Part shown: piece after piece, positions 9,343 to 17,675 of the stretch
How positions within the stretch are numbered: position 1 is the first letter of the stretch
Layout: every line of letters begins with the position of its first letter
Source: Deltaproteobacteria bacterium
GTDB lineage: Bacteria; Myxococcota; Kuafuiibacteriia; Kuafuiibacteriales; Kuafuiibacteriaceae
Assembly (NCBI GenBank): GCA_040218735.1
Contig: JAVJQW010000041.1
Location: 160,001-224,000 of the forward strand
Direction: 5' to 3'
DNA: 64,000 nucleotides
Made by a program: the position numbers and the translations under genes
Notes under the pieces: generated by a model
Told to the model about the DNA's origin: nothing
What the model saw: the letters and a program-made list of their open reading frames with translations, nothing else
The model's database searches: none

Positions 9343-10865
9343 GGTCTCACTCCTCCACCGAGCCACTCTTCGATGATCGTGACTTGGTCCTCGCCCCAGC
9401 TGGGGCTGCGCGATTGCCTGGGCGGCATGTCACCGAACTCGATGACACGCGCGCGAATCTTGTCGGCGCGTTCGACCCACGCCTCGTAGGAATCGATCGT
9501 CGGCGCCGCCGGGTTGGCGCCGTCCGCGTGGCAGCTCGCGCAGTGCTCTTGGTAGATCGGGCGGACGTCTTCTTCGAACGTCCGGATCACCGCGGGCTCG
9601 CGCTTGAGCGCCAAGGTTCGTTGGGTGTCGCCGGCGGCGAGCGTCAGCTCGTGCCAGCCGAGGGACAGCGCGCCCGAGAACTCGAACCAGCCGTCCGTCA
9701 CGCGCGTCGCCGGCACGTCGGTGTCGCCGTCGGTGAGCGTGACCATCGTGGCGCCGTCGCTCGCTTGCACGCGGAGGGCGAAGGTCTCGTCGACGCTTCG
9801 GGTGCCGCTGCGGAGCCCCGCGATGCGCAGCATCGTGGCGGGGGCGTAGTGACAGACCTCGGCTTCGGTCGCGGTCCACAGGCCGCCGGAAGCGTGCGGG
9901 TGGAGGGCGCCCGTCGCGCCGGCGACCGCGAGGAACGTCTCGCCGTCGAAGCGGAGCACCTGACCGTCGACGACCACCCACGCGTAGGCGCCGGCCGTCG
10001 CGAGCGCCGTCGCGTCGCCGGCTTCGAAGCGGTACTCCGTCCAGGGTTCGGGGCCCACGAAGAGGTTGCCGTCGGCGAGGACCAGGACGCGGTCGCCGAG
10101 GAGCGCCGGGTCGTGGCCGGACTCGATCGCGGCGGGTCGGGTGAACGCGGCCGGCTGCAAGCGCCACAGCTCGAGGTCCTTGGTCTCGAACCACACGCCG
10201 TCGTCGATGCCCGCGCACTCGTTGTCGCGGGGGAGGAGGGCGGCGTCGGTCGCGAGCGCGTCCTCGAAGCCGGTCCACTCGATCCAGCTGTCGCCGTCGC
10301 GCTGGAACACGGCGCCGTTCGAGGTGATGAACGCCGAGGCGGTGGGGTCGCCGCAGAAGGAGGCGTCCGGGGCGAGCGCCATCGGCGCCGACACGACGGT
10401 GCGGTCACCTTCGACGACCGAGAACAGCTGGCCGTCCGCGAGCATCGACGCGGTCGTGGCGGACCAGGCGCGGACGACGCTGATGTCGGTCGCGGCGAGG
10501 CGGTAGGTGGAGACCTCGCCGATCGCCCAACCGTCGACGACGCGCACCGTGGCGGCTTCGGTCGTGCTGGTGGTGGCGAGCCAGAGGTGGCCCTCGGGGC
10601 TCACGTCGAGGATCTGTTCGGCGGCGCCGCGCGCAGCGCAGGTCGCCGTGGTCGTCAGGGCGCCGGGCGCCGAGACGGTGATCCAAGGGTCCGGCATGGG
10701 GTCGGGGTCGGGATCCGGATCGGGATCAGGGTCCGGATCGGGATCCGGGTCCATCACGTCGGGCGGCGGGGCGATGACGCCGGGGCAGCCGTAGGCGCCC
10801 GCGAGGACCAAGGTCAGGATGGTGATTTGCCCCCATCCGGGGCGGCGTTTCGTGACGATGCGCAC
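9339..10865 (-). CDS. Lipoprotein with propeller-like region and C-terminal cytochrome c domain
   Basis: Lipobox AYGC and (PD)n linker; C-terminal FEEDVRPIYQEHCASCH...MPP...W, a planctomycete-cytochrome-like CxxCH with axial Met. Confidence 0.75.
   Translation of the reverse strand: MRIVTKRRPGWGQITILTLVLAGAYGCPGVIAPPPDVMDPDPDPDPDPDPDPDPDPMPDPWITVSAPGALTTTATCAARGAAEQILDVSPEGHLWLATTSTTEAATVRVVDGWAIGEVSTYRLAATDISVVRAWSATTASMLADGQLFSVVEGDRTVVSAPMALAPDASFCGDPTASAFITSNGAVFQRDGDSWIEWTGFEDALATDAALLPRDNECAGIDDGVWFETKDLELWRLQPAAFTRPAAIESGHDPALLGDRVLVLADGNLFVGPEPWTEYRFEAGDATALATAGAYAWVVVDGQVLRFDGETFLAVAGATGALHPHASGGLWTATEAEVCHYAPATMLRIAGLRSGTRSVDETFALRVQASDGATMVTLTDGDTDVPATRVTDGWFEFSGALSLGWHELTLAAGDTQRTLALKREPAVIRTFEEDVRPIYQEHCASCHADGANPAAPTIDSYEAWVERADKIRARVIEFGDMPPRQSRSPSWGEDQVTIIEEWLGGGVRP
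10688..10755 (-). repeat. Pro-Asp hexamer tandem repeat (linker)
   Basis: ggatcc/ggatcg/gggtcc hexamers encoding DPDPDPDPDPDPDPDPDPMPDP; a similar tract lies at ~9190-9250. Confidence 0.85.
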
Positions 10866-10876
10866 CTACTGAAACC

Positions 10877-10905
10877 AGTGGTCGGGCGTCGCCAAAACGG
10901 CCCAC
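10877..10905 (-). promoter_or_regulatory. Candidate ECF sigma promoter GTGGGCCGTTT-N13-CCACT
   Basis: Same boxes and same 13-nt spacer as the copy upstream of the ECF gene (16745-16773); 11 nt upstream of the GTG start at 10865. Confidence 0.7.
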
Positions 10906-10956
10906 TCCACGTGCGGTTTTTTGGGGCTTTTTGTCCCGCCGACCCGCGGAGGCCGA

Positions 10957-13900
10957 TCAGGGCGTGAATTCGTGGTGTCCGATGTCCACGCGGCCGCCCT
11001 GGGGGCGCGCCGTGGCGAACCGATCGACCTCGGGCGCGCCGTCGGAGCGCCCGGCGTCACGCGCCGGGGAGCGGGCCGACAGGCGGGAGATCGAGCGTCG
11101 ATGTTCGAGGCCGTGCGCCTGGAACAGCGGCGGGAGGATGAGGTTTTCCCGCCCCTGGACCTCCGCCTCGTACGACACGAAGTCGGTCGACGTGTACCGC
11201 GGTCCGTCCTCGACGCGGACGTACGAGCCCCCCTCGCCGCGCTCGGCGGACTCGACGAACAGGAGGTTGTTCTCCAGCCGGCCCACCGCCATCACGGCGC
11301 CGCCGGAGCGCTCGAAGATTGCGGTCGGGTCGGCGGTCAGCGCGCCGTCCTCGCGGATGAGGACGATGTTGTTGAACAGCGCCGCGGCCCCCTGCGTCAC
11401 CCGGTCGAAGACGATGCCGCGTTTGTCGACGGAGCGGTCTTCGGCGTCGAGCGCCTCGACCTCGATGACGTTGTTCCACAGCTCGAGCGAGGAGACGCCC
11501 GTGGCGTAGAGCCCCACGAGGTCCACGCCGCGCGTGGCCGCGATGTAGTTGTTCGCGAGGTACGCGTCGTTGCCGCTCAGCACGATCAGGCGCGCACCGA
11601 CGGCGTCGATGTTCGGCACCGTGTTGAAGTTGCCGCGTCGCCCCGTGTTCACGCCGTTGCGCTCCAGCCGGAGCCCGCGCGACGCGAGCGGCGGCTCGAC
11701 GTAGGGGGCGAGGCCGTCGCGGATCGCCGAAACCCACGGGCGCACCGCGGGCGGGCACTCGAGCGGTACGGAGAGCACGCCGGTGCGGACTTCGCTCTGT
11801 TCGATCGTCACGTTCGTCGTGTCGACGGTCCAGATCCCCGGGACCGCCGGTGGAAGCACGCGGTCCTCGCCGTCCCACACGCCGCTCGACGCGCCGCCGA
11901 AGACGCCCGTGTCGCGCGTCGAGTTGCGGCCGTTGCGCGCGAGCGTCGCGGTGGACGTGCCGACGAGCAGGATCCCCGCGGCGACGTCTGCCCCCTCGCG
12001 CGTCGCGGGCTCCGCGTTGCAGTCGACGCCGGTCCACGCGTACGCGGAGCGGCCCGCGACGATCTGGCGGTTGTCGAGGATCGCGAGGCGTCGCGAGCCG
12101 CCGACGATGACGGTGCCGTCGCGGAGCACTTCACCGTCCGCGATACCGGCGGAGAATCGGTGACCCGACGGCTGCCACGTCGCGCCCACGATGTTGTTGT
12201 TCGAGATCTCCAAGTCGTCCGTCGCTCGGGTGCGAATCGCGACCGTGGTGTTCGCGGGATTGCCGTTGCGCGTGTACGCGGCGATGCGGGTGAGCCCGCG
12301 GATACGTCCGGTGGGGCGTCGACCGGCGCGCGCTTCGACGTAGATGCCGTACGCGCGTGCGTTCGCGCCGTAGGCTTCGACGTCGATCGTGTCGCCGAGG
12401 AGATCGATGTCGACGTTCCCGCGTGCGTGGATGCCGCGGCAAGTTCCGTTGCAGGAGAGGAGCTCGATCGAGCTGTCGTCGTTCCAGACGAGCTGCGCCG
12501 GGGCAGCCGTCTCCGCGGTCACGACGATCCCCGTCGCGCCGTTCTGGTTCCCCTCGGAGCGGACGTCGGTCCCGACGAGCCGAACGTTGGAGGCGATCGT
12601 CTCCGCGTCGATCGCCATACCTACGCTCCCGACCCCCGTCGGGAGCACGAGCTCGGCACCTTCGAAGCGCGGCGACGCATCGACGACGCGCACCAGCGTT
12701 CGTTCGCCGGTGCCGGTGAAGATGATGTTACGCAGCGTCGACGTGTACCCCGCGGCGAAGCGCAGCTCGCCGGTGTTGTTGAAGTGCAGGCGCGCGCGAG
12801 TGGTGTTCGGGTGGCCGCCGCCGCCGAACGCGGCGTTGGCGCCGACACCGACCGGCAAGGTCAACGGCGTGCCGCGGTTGAAGCGCCCGCCGGCGGCGAC
12901 GCACACGTCGCCGCCGGTGTTCTGCGCGCGGGTGATCGCGGGCCCCACGTTCGGGAGCGCATCGGCGACGGCGGGGCCCGTGCCGTCGCCGGTGCCGCCG
13001 ACGCGGACCCACGAGCAGTCCCGGACGATCACCCGCAAGGCCCGCGAGGTCTCCACGCCGTCGAAGCCGTCGCGCGCGAACAACGTGAGGTTGTAGGTCC
13101 CGGCGGGGAGGGCAGCGTCGAAGCGCATCTCCTCACCCTCGCAAGGTGCGTTGCAGGTGAGCCGGTCCGCGTCGGGGCCGCCCCAACGGATCGTGACCGG
13201 GTTGTCCGGGTCCGTCGGGACCACCGGACGCAGCCAGGTGCGGATGCCGGTGCTCGCGTGCACGATGATGCGGCCGCCGTCGAGCACGCCGCCCGCGAGC
13301 TCGGAGACCCTCGGGCGGGTGTTGCGCATCCGGACACGAATCGTGTCGGCGTGAACGCCGGCGATGCGCAGCTCGATGGTGTACTCGCAGTCGAGCTTGG
13401 CGGGGTCGTCGACGATCGCGACCGTGCGTTCGGTGGTGTCGATCGTGTCGCGCGGCTCGGTGAGGACGACGTCCGTCGGGCTGCAGGTGTCGTCGGGGAC
13501 GGCGCCGATGACGGCCCACTTGCGACCGAGCTCGAGCGTCGGCGGTGTCAACACGGCTTGCACGACGCGCGTGGTGCCGTGCTCGATGACGATGACGCCA
13601 TCGCCGTCCTGGAAGGATGCGGTGATGTGCGTGCACCCGTTGAAGTCGAGGTAGTCCGCGAAGCCGTTGCAGTCGTTGTCGATGCCGTCGTCGCAGATCT
13701 CCGTGCGTCCCGGGTGCTGCGTGATGTCGTTGTCGTTGCAGTCGTTGGGACCGAGCGGGCAGATCAGCGGCTCGAGGTCGTAGTCGACGGTGGAGTCGCA
13801 GTACCCGTCGCGATCGTCGTCGCAGCCGTTGTCGACGACGCCGTCGCAGTCGTCGTCGAGATCGTTACAGCGTTCGACGCGGGGCGCGAGCGGGATGCAG

Positions 13901-14097
13901 GTGTTCGCGACGTCGCCGACACACGCGGGGACCGAGCGCCGACAGATGCCCTCGCCGCACTCCAGATCGGGCTGCGTGGCGTCGCACACCACCGGGGGCG
14001 GTGGCGGAGGCGGCGGAGGATCACGTTCTTCGAGGAGCGCGCCGACGTCCTTGCCGGAGCACCCCGCGAGCAGGATGAGGATCAGCGCGCGCCTCAT
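10957..14097 (-). CDS. Large surface lipoprotein: Cys/Asp-rich metal-binding (MopE-like) motifs, beta-helix, choice-of-anchor-Q-like C-terminus
   Basis: MRRALILILLAGC lipobox; ERCNDLDDDCDGVVD and EICDDGIDNDCNG repeats; C-terminal SPARDAG...RPQG..VDIGHHEF. Confidence 0.75.
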   Translation of the reverse strand: MRRALILILLAGCSGKDVGALLEERDPPPPPPPPPVVCDATQPDLECGEGICRRSVPACVGDVANTCIPLAPRVERCNDLDDDCDGVVDNGCDDDRDGYCDSTVDYDLEPLICPLGPNDCNDNDITQHPGRTEICDDGIDNDCNGFADYLDFNGCTHITASFQDGDGVIVIEHGTTRVVQAVLTPPTLELGRKWAVIGAVPDDTCSPTDVVLTEPRDTIDTTERTVAIVDDPAKLDCEYTIELRIAGVHADTIRVRMRNTRPRVSELAGGVLDGGRIIVHASTGIRTWLRPVVPTDPDNPVTIRWGGPDADRLTCNAPCEGEEMRFDAALPAGTYNLTLFARDGFDGVETSRALRVIVRDCSWVRVGGTGDGTGPAVADALPNVGPAITRAQNTGGDVCVAAGGRFNRGTPLTLPVGVGANAAFGGGGHPNTTRARLHFNNTGELRFAAGYTSTLRNIIFTGTGERTLVRVVDASPRFEGAELVLPTGVGSVGMAIDAETIASNVRLVGTDVRSEGNQNGATGIVVTAETAAPAQLVWNDDSSIELLSCNGTCRGIHARGNVDIDLLGDTIDVEAYGANARAYGIYVEARAGRRPTGRIRGLTRIAAYTRNGNPANTTVAIRTRATDDLEISNNNIVGATWQPSGHRFSAGIADGEVLRDGTVIVGGSRRLAILDNRQIVAGRSAYAWTGVDCNAEPATREGADVAAGILLVGTSTATLARNGRNSTRDTGVFGGASSGVWDGEDRVLPPAVPGIWTVDTTNVTIEQSEVRTGVLSVPLECPPAVRPWVSAIRDGLAPYVEPPLASRGLRLERNGVNTGRRGNFNTVPNIDAVGARLIVLSGNDAYLANNYIAATRGVDLVGLYATGVSSLELWNNVIEVEALDAEDRSVDKRGIVFDRVTQGAAALFNNIVLIREDGALTADPTAIFERSGGAVMAVGRLENNLLFVESAERGEGGSYVRVEDGPRYTSTDFVSYEAEVQGRENLILPPLFQAHGLEHRRSISRLSARSPARDAGRSDGAPEVDRFATARPQGGRVDIGHHEFTP

Positions 14098-15029
14098 GCG
14101 CCCCCCCAGCGAGCGTCCAACGCGAGCGCGCCGCCGAGCCACGCGCCGTACAGACCCGCGCGTTCGTCGCCGGCGTCGCCGAAGACACCCGACGCGGTGT
14201 ACCCGCCCTCGACTTCGAGCGCGACGCCCACGTCACCACCATAGCGGATCCGCCCGCCGATCCGCGGACCGAACCACGGCCCGCTTCCGGTGCGAGTGTC
14301 CACGTTGTCCGACTCGGTGCGCCCGGAGAGCCACGCCCATCCGCCGCGGAAGCCGATCGAGACCAGCCCGTCGAGGCGCGGCAGCAGCGCGCGGCGTCGC
14401 CCGACGACGAAGGCCGCCGAGACGAAACGCGTGCGCACGTCGCCGAGCGCGACCGTTCCGTCGGACTGCGAGAAGCCGCCGTCGACCGCGACGGTCCAGC
14501 CGTCGAAGTCCACCGCGACACGCCCTCGCGCGCCGAACGCAACCGGGGTTGCGCCGGGCATCACCCGCACCGTTGGCGCCGCGGCGATCGACAGGTCGAG
14601 GGGGCGCGCCACCGTCGCCGAGACCGGCGTCGAAACGACGCTCGGCGCCGGCGCTTCCGTGACGAACGCGCGGCGCCGCTCCACGATCGGCACGTCGTTC
14701 ACGAGCTCGACGATGTTCAGCGCGACGAGCCGCGCGCCGCCGCTCGCGCGGACGTCGTCGAGCGCGATGCGTCGCTCCGCGATGTCCTGCACGACGCGAT
14801 CGCCGAGCGCGCGATCGCTGGCGACGAAGATCCTGAGCAGCTCGGAGGTGCAAGCCGTCCTGACGACGAGCTCCGCGTCACCCTCGGTGAGGCGCGCGAC
14901 GCCGATTTCGATACCGACGAGGTCGTGGACGAGGTCGGGCGAGGGAACGCACTCCGCCAGGTCCAGGCGCACGGGACCGTCCGTCGCGCCGACGGCCAGC
15001 CACACCAGGAGCGCCTGGGTCGCGATCAT
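14094..15029 (-). CDS. Exported protein with probable C-terminal small beta-barrel (ECF/FecR-associated)
   Basis: Signal-like N-terminus; alternating hydrophobic/Gly-rich strands ending ALDARW; ATGA-coupled on both sides. Confidence 0.55.
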   Translation of the reverse strand: MIATQALLVWLAVGATDGPVRLDLAECVPSPDLVHDLVGIEIGVARLTEGDAELVVRTACTSELLRIFVASDRALGDRVVQDIAERRIALDDVRASGGARLVALNIVELVNDVPIVERRRAFVTEAPAPSVVSTPVSATVARPLDLSIAAAPTVRVMPGATPVAFGARGRVAVDFDGWTVAVDGGFSQSDGTVALGDVRTRFVSAAFVVGRRRALLPRLDGLVSIGFRGGWAWLSGRTESDNVDTRTGSGPWFGPRIGGRIRYGGDVGVALEVEGGYTASGVFGDAGDERAGLYGAWLGGALALDARWGGA

Positions 15030-16174
15030 CGCGCTCGCCCGGCCAGCCTCCTCATGCTCTTCACTTTACGGCCCTCCGGGTAGCGCGTCAGATACGTCGA
15101 CGCGCGGTCCTTCGCCTTGTCCCGCTCCCCCGCGAGCGCCCAGCACTCCGCTTCGTGGGCGAGGGCGTCCTCGGCGAGGGACCCGGTGGGGCCGAGCACG
15201 CGCGCCTTCGCAAAGGCCTCCGCCGCGCGGCGCGGCTCCTTGAGCTCGTTCTGCCAGAGGCGTCCGAGCGTGAAGGCCGCGACGAGCGCGCGCGGGTGGT
15301 TCGGGTGCCGGTCGACGACGATCTTCAGGTACCGCGCGGCGTCCCGCGGGTGCCCGGAGAGGCGCGCGACGTCGGCCGCGAGCATCAGGTCCTTGGTACC
15401 GCGCGGCGCGCGGGTGGTGCGGTCGAGGGCGTCGAACGCGTCGTCGAACTTTCCGTCCTCCGCGAGGGCGGTCCACCGCTCCTTCTTCTGCGTTTGTTTC
15501 TTCTTGCGCGCGCGCTTCCGACGTTTCTTCCGCTTCTTGGGTTCGGGCTCGGGCTCGACTTCGTCTTCGGCGGCTTCGTCGACGACGACGCGTCCCGCGA
15601 CGAAGGCCAGCTTCATGTCGCGGCCGAGCTCGTACCGGTTGTCGCCGGCGAACACGGCGACCCGGCCTTCGTGCACGGAGACGTCGACCTCGTCCTCGGG
15701 CCGCACGGCGACGGTGAACGAGGTGCCGATGACCTCCACGTACAGGTCCTGCGCGCGCACCCGGAACAGGCGCGTGTCGCTCGGGACGACCTCGAAGCGC
15801 GCTTCGCCGGCCGCGAGGCTCAGCTCGAGCAGATCTTCCTGCGACGCCTCCACGCGGACCTCGGTGCGCGGCTGCATCAGCGTCGCGTGGGAACCGTCCG
15901 CGAAGTAGACGACGCGCTGCTGCGGCGCGACCGGCTTCGGGTCCGTCGCGGCGATCGGCCTGGCGGGGACGACGATCGGGTCCGCGCCGGGGAGGCTCAT
16001 GACGACCGCGGCGACGAGCGCGACCGCCGCGACGCCGCCGGCGCCCATCTGACGACGGCGTCGACGAATGCGCCGCTGCTCGAACCGGTGAAGCGCGCGT
16101 GCGGTGTCGCGCTCCGAGGCGTCGACGACCAGAAGGTCGCGCGCGCCCGCGAGATCGCGCTCGAGGTCACGCAT
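15026..16174 (-). CDS. FecR-domain anti-sigma factor with C-terminal TPR
   Basis: Single TM after RRRRR; FADGS..., L.AGEARFEV, VEVIGTSF.V, VSVHEGRVAV FecR motifs; TPR helices ending YL.RYPEG. Confidence 0.85.
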   Translation of the reverse strand: MRDLERDLAGARDLLVVDASERDTARALHRFEQRRIRRRRRQMGAGGVAAVALVAAVVMSLPGADPIVVPARPIAATDPKPVAPQQRVVYFADGSHATLMQPRTEVRVEASQEDLLELSLAAGEARFEVVPSDTRLFRVRAQDLYVEVIGTSFTVAVRPEDEVDVSVHEGRVAVFAGDNRYELGRDMKLAFVAGRVVVDEAAEDEVEPEPEPKKRKKRRKRARKKKQTQKKERWTALAEDGKFDDAFDALDRTTRAPRGTKDLMLAADVARLSGHPRDAARYLKIVVDRHPNHPRALVAAFTLGRLWQNELKEPRRAAEAFAKARVLGPTGSLAEDALAHEAECWALAGERDKAKDRASTYLTRYPEGRKVKSMRRLAGRAR

Positions 16175-16730
16175 CGACGGCCGCCTGGATCCGGGCCTGC
16201 GCCGCGGCGAGGAGTCGCTTCACGGTGCTGAGCCCCATGTCGGTGAGTTTCGCGATGTCCTCCAGCTTCTCACCTTCGATGAAACGGAGGACCCAGACCA
16301 CCCGTGCTTTCGCGGGGAGGTCGTCGAGGGTCCGGTAGACCTGCAGAAGGAGCGTCGCGTGCTCCTGGCGAGGGTTGTGGAAGAAGGCGTCGAGGTCGAT
16401 CGGCTGGTCGAGGCCGAAGGTCGCCGCGAGCCGGAGGCGGCGCAGGCGCTTGATGGCGACCCGGACCGCGATGGACCGGACCCACCCCTTGGCGGCGCGA
16501 CGGTCCCGGAGCTTGCCGAAGCCGCGGTGCACTTCGAGGAAGACGTCTTGGACGAAGTCGTCGACCTCGCTCTTTCGACCGAGCATCCTGAGGCCGATCG
16601 TCGCCACGAGCCGGTGGTAGCGGCTGAAGCACTCCTCGAATGTCGCTGGCCCTTCATCCGGTGGCTCGACCGCCTGACCCTTCACCAGCCGCAGACCGAC
16701 GTCTTGGGAGCTGGGCTTGGTCGGAGGCAT
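16167..16730 (-). CDS. ECF-family RNA polymerase sigma factor
   Basis: Region 2 (DDFVQDVF, W...IA) and region 4 (LDDLP, EGEKLEDIA..TDM..STVKRLL); overlaps the FecR gene. Confidence 0.92.
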   Translation of the reverse strand: MPPTKPSSQDVGLRLVKGQAVEPPDEGPATFEECFSRYHRLVATIGLRMLGRKSEVDDFVQDVFLEVHRGFGKLRDRRAAKGWVRSIAVRVAIKRLRRLRLAATFGLDQPIDLDAFFHNPRQEHATLLLQVYRTLDDLPAKARVVWVLRFIEGEKLEDIAKLTDMGLSTVKRLLAAAQARIQAAVDA

Positions 16731-16744
16731 CCCTCAACCAGCAT

Positions 16745-16773
16745 AGTGGGCCCGGCGTCCAGAAACGGCCCAC
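16745..16773 (-). promoter_or_regulatory. Candidate autoregulatory ECF promoter GTGGGCCGTTT-N13-CCACT
   Basis: 14 nt upstream of the sigma ATG; duplicated with identical spacing at 10877-10905. Confidence 0.7.
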
Positions 16774-16880
16774 GGAACCATCAAATTTTCGAGACGTGGT
16801 CCCCAGCCGTGATCCAACCCGGGACTTTGGGCGTGGGCCAGCGCACGAAAGAGAGAAATCACGCCCTCGCGACGTCTCTG

Positions 16881-16908
16881 TACAGGGATGAAATGAAGAT
16901 GCCGATAG
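16881..16908 (+). promoter_or_regulatory. Possible sigma28/FliA-type promoter (TACAG..GCCGATAG)
   Basis: GCCGATAG at 16901-16908 matches the GCCGATAA -10 consensus at 7/8; TACAG at 16881 resembles TAAAG. Confidence 0.35.
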
Positions 16909-16931
16909 AACGGTCGATGAATGGGCACGTG

Positions 16932-17666
16932 ATGTATCGGATCCCCGCCGAGCCCCCGCAGGCCCACGCTTTTGGCGGACGGTTGAAATCCCTGTCGCTC
17001 GCGGCTATCTACCGAACCTTGACCGGCGACCTCCCCATCCCGCGGCAGCCCTCGGTCAAGCCGCCCAACCTGTATGGGGACCACTACGGGGCCTGGGCCC
17101 AGGCGGCCCGACAGGCTCGCGCCGGCACTCAGCACCCGATCGACGAGCTCCTCGCCGAGCACCATCTGATGCGTCGGATGTTCGAGGCGATGCGCACCGA
17201 GGCCGTCGAGATCGCCCGGCGGCGCCCGATGAACCTCGACTTTTGGGCCAACGCCGTCGATGTCATCGGCAACTTTGCGCTCCTGATCCACTGGCGCAAG
17301 AAGGCCAACCACCTCTTCCCGCTCATCCGCGACCGCGGCTTCGCCGACCACCTCGCGAAGCTCGAAAAAGAGCAGGACCAGGACATCGCCAACACGCTCG
17401 AGCTCTGCGACGCCGTCCAAGACGGTGACCGCGAGAGCGTGGTGCGCCTCGTTTCGCTCTACACCGGCGCGAAGCAGCGCCACATGGAGCGCGAGGAGCA
17501 GACCGTGTTGCTCCCGTCCAAGGACGTGCTCACGCCCGAGGACGTCGCGACCCTCCGCGCCAAGTTCGACGAGGTCGACGAAGGCGCCATGCCCGGCGCC
17601 GGCCGCGCGCACTACTACGGCGTGGCCATCGACGTGATGAACCACGTCGGCATCGACCCGGACTGA
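16932..17666 (+). CDS. Hemerythrin-fold (HHE) protein with degenerate metal site; start uncertain (16893/16917/16932)
   Basis: HPIDELLAEH, H....HLFP, RHMEREEQTVLLP pattern. Confidence 0.7.
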   Translation: MYRIPAEPPQAHAFGGRLKSLSLAAIYRTLTGDLPIPRQPSVKPPNLYGDHYGAWAQAARQARAGTQHPIDELLAEHHLMRRMFEAMRTEAVEIARRRPMNLDFWANAVDVIGNFALLIHWRKKANHLFPLIRDRGFADHLAKLEKEQDQDIANTLELCDAVQDGDRESVVRLVSLYTGAKQRHMEREEQTVLLPSKDVLTPEDVATLRAKFDEVDEGAMPGAGRAHYYGVAIDVMNHVGIDPD

Positions 17667-17675
17667 CGCTCTGAC

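Noticed and set aside
10921-14244. 1107-aa plus-strand ORF, and similar long ORFs at 7198-9489, 23947-27174, 55972-57471, 58277-60187
   Set aside because: Antisense shadows of real genes in high-GC DNA; Arg/Val/Asp-rich with no motifs.
16104-16892. 5' extension of the hemerythrin ORF (520 aa in the track)
   Set aside because: Antisense to the ECF sigma gene and runs across its promoter.
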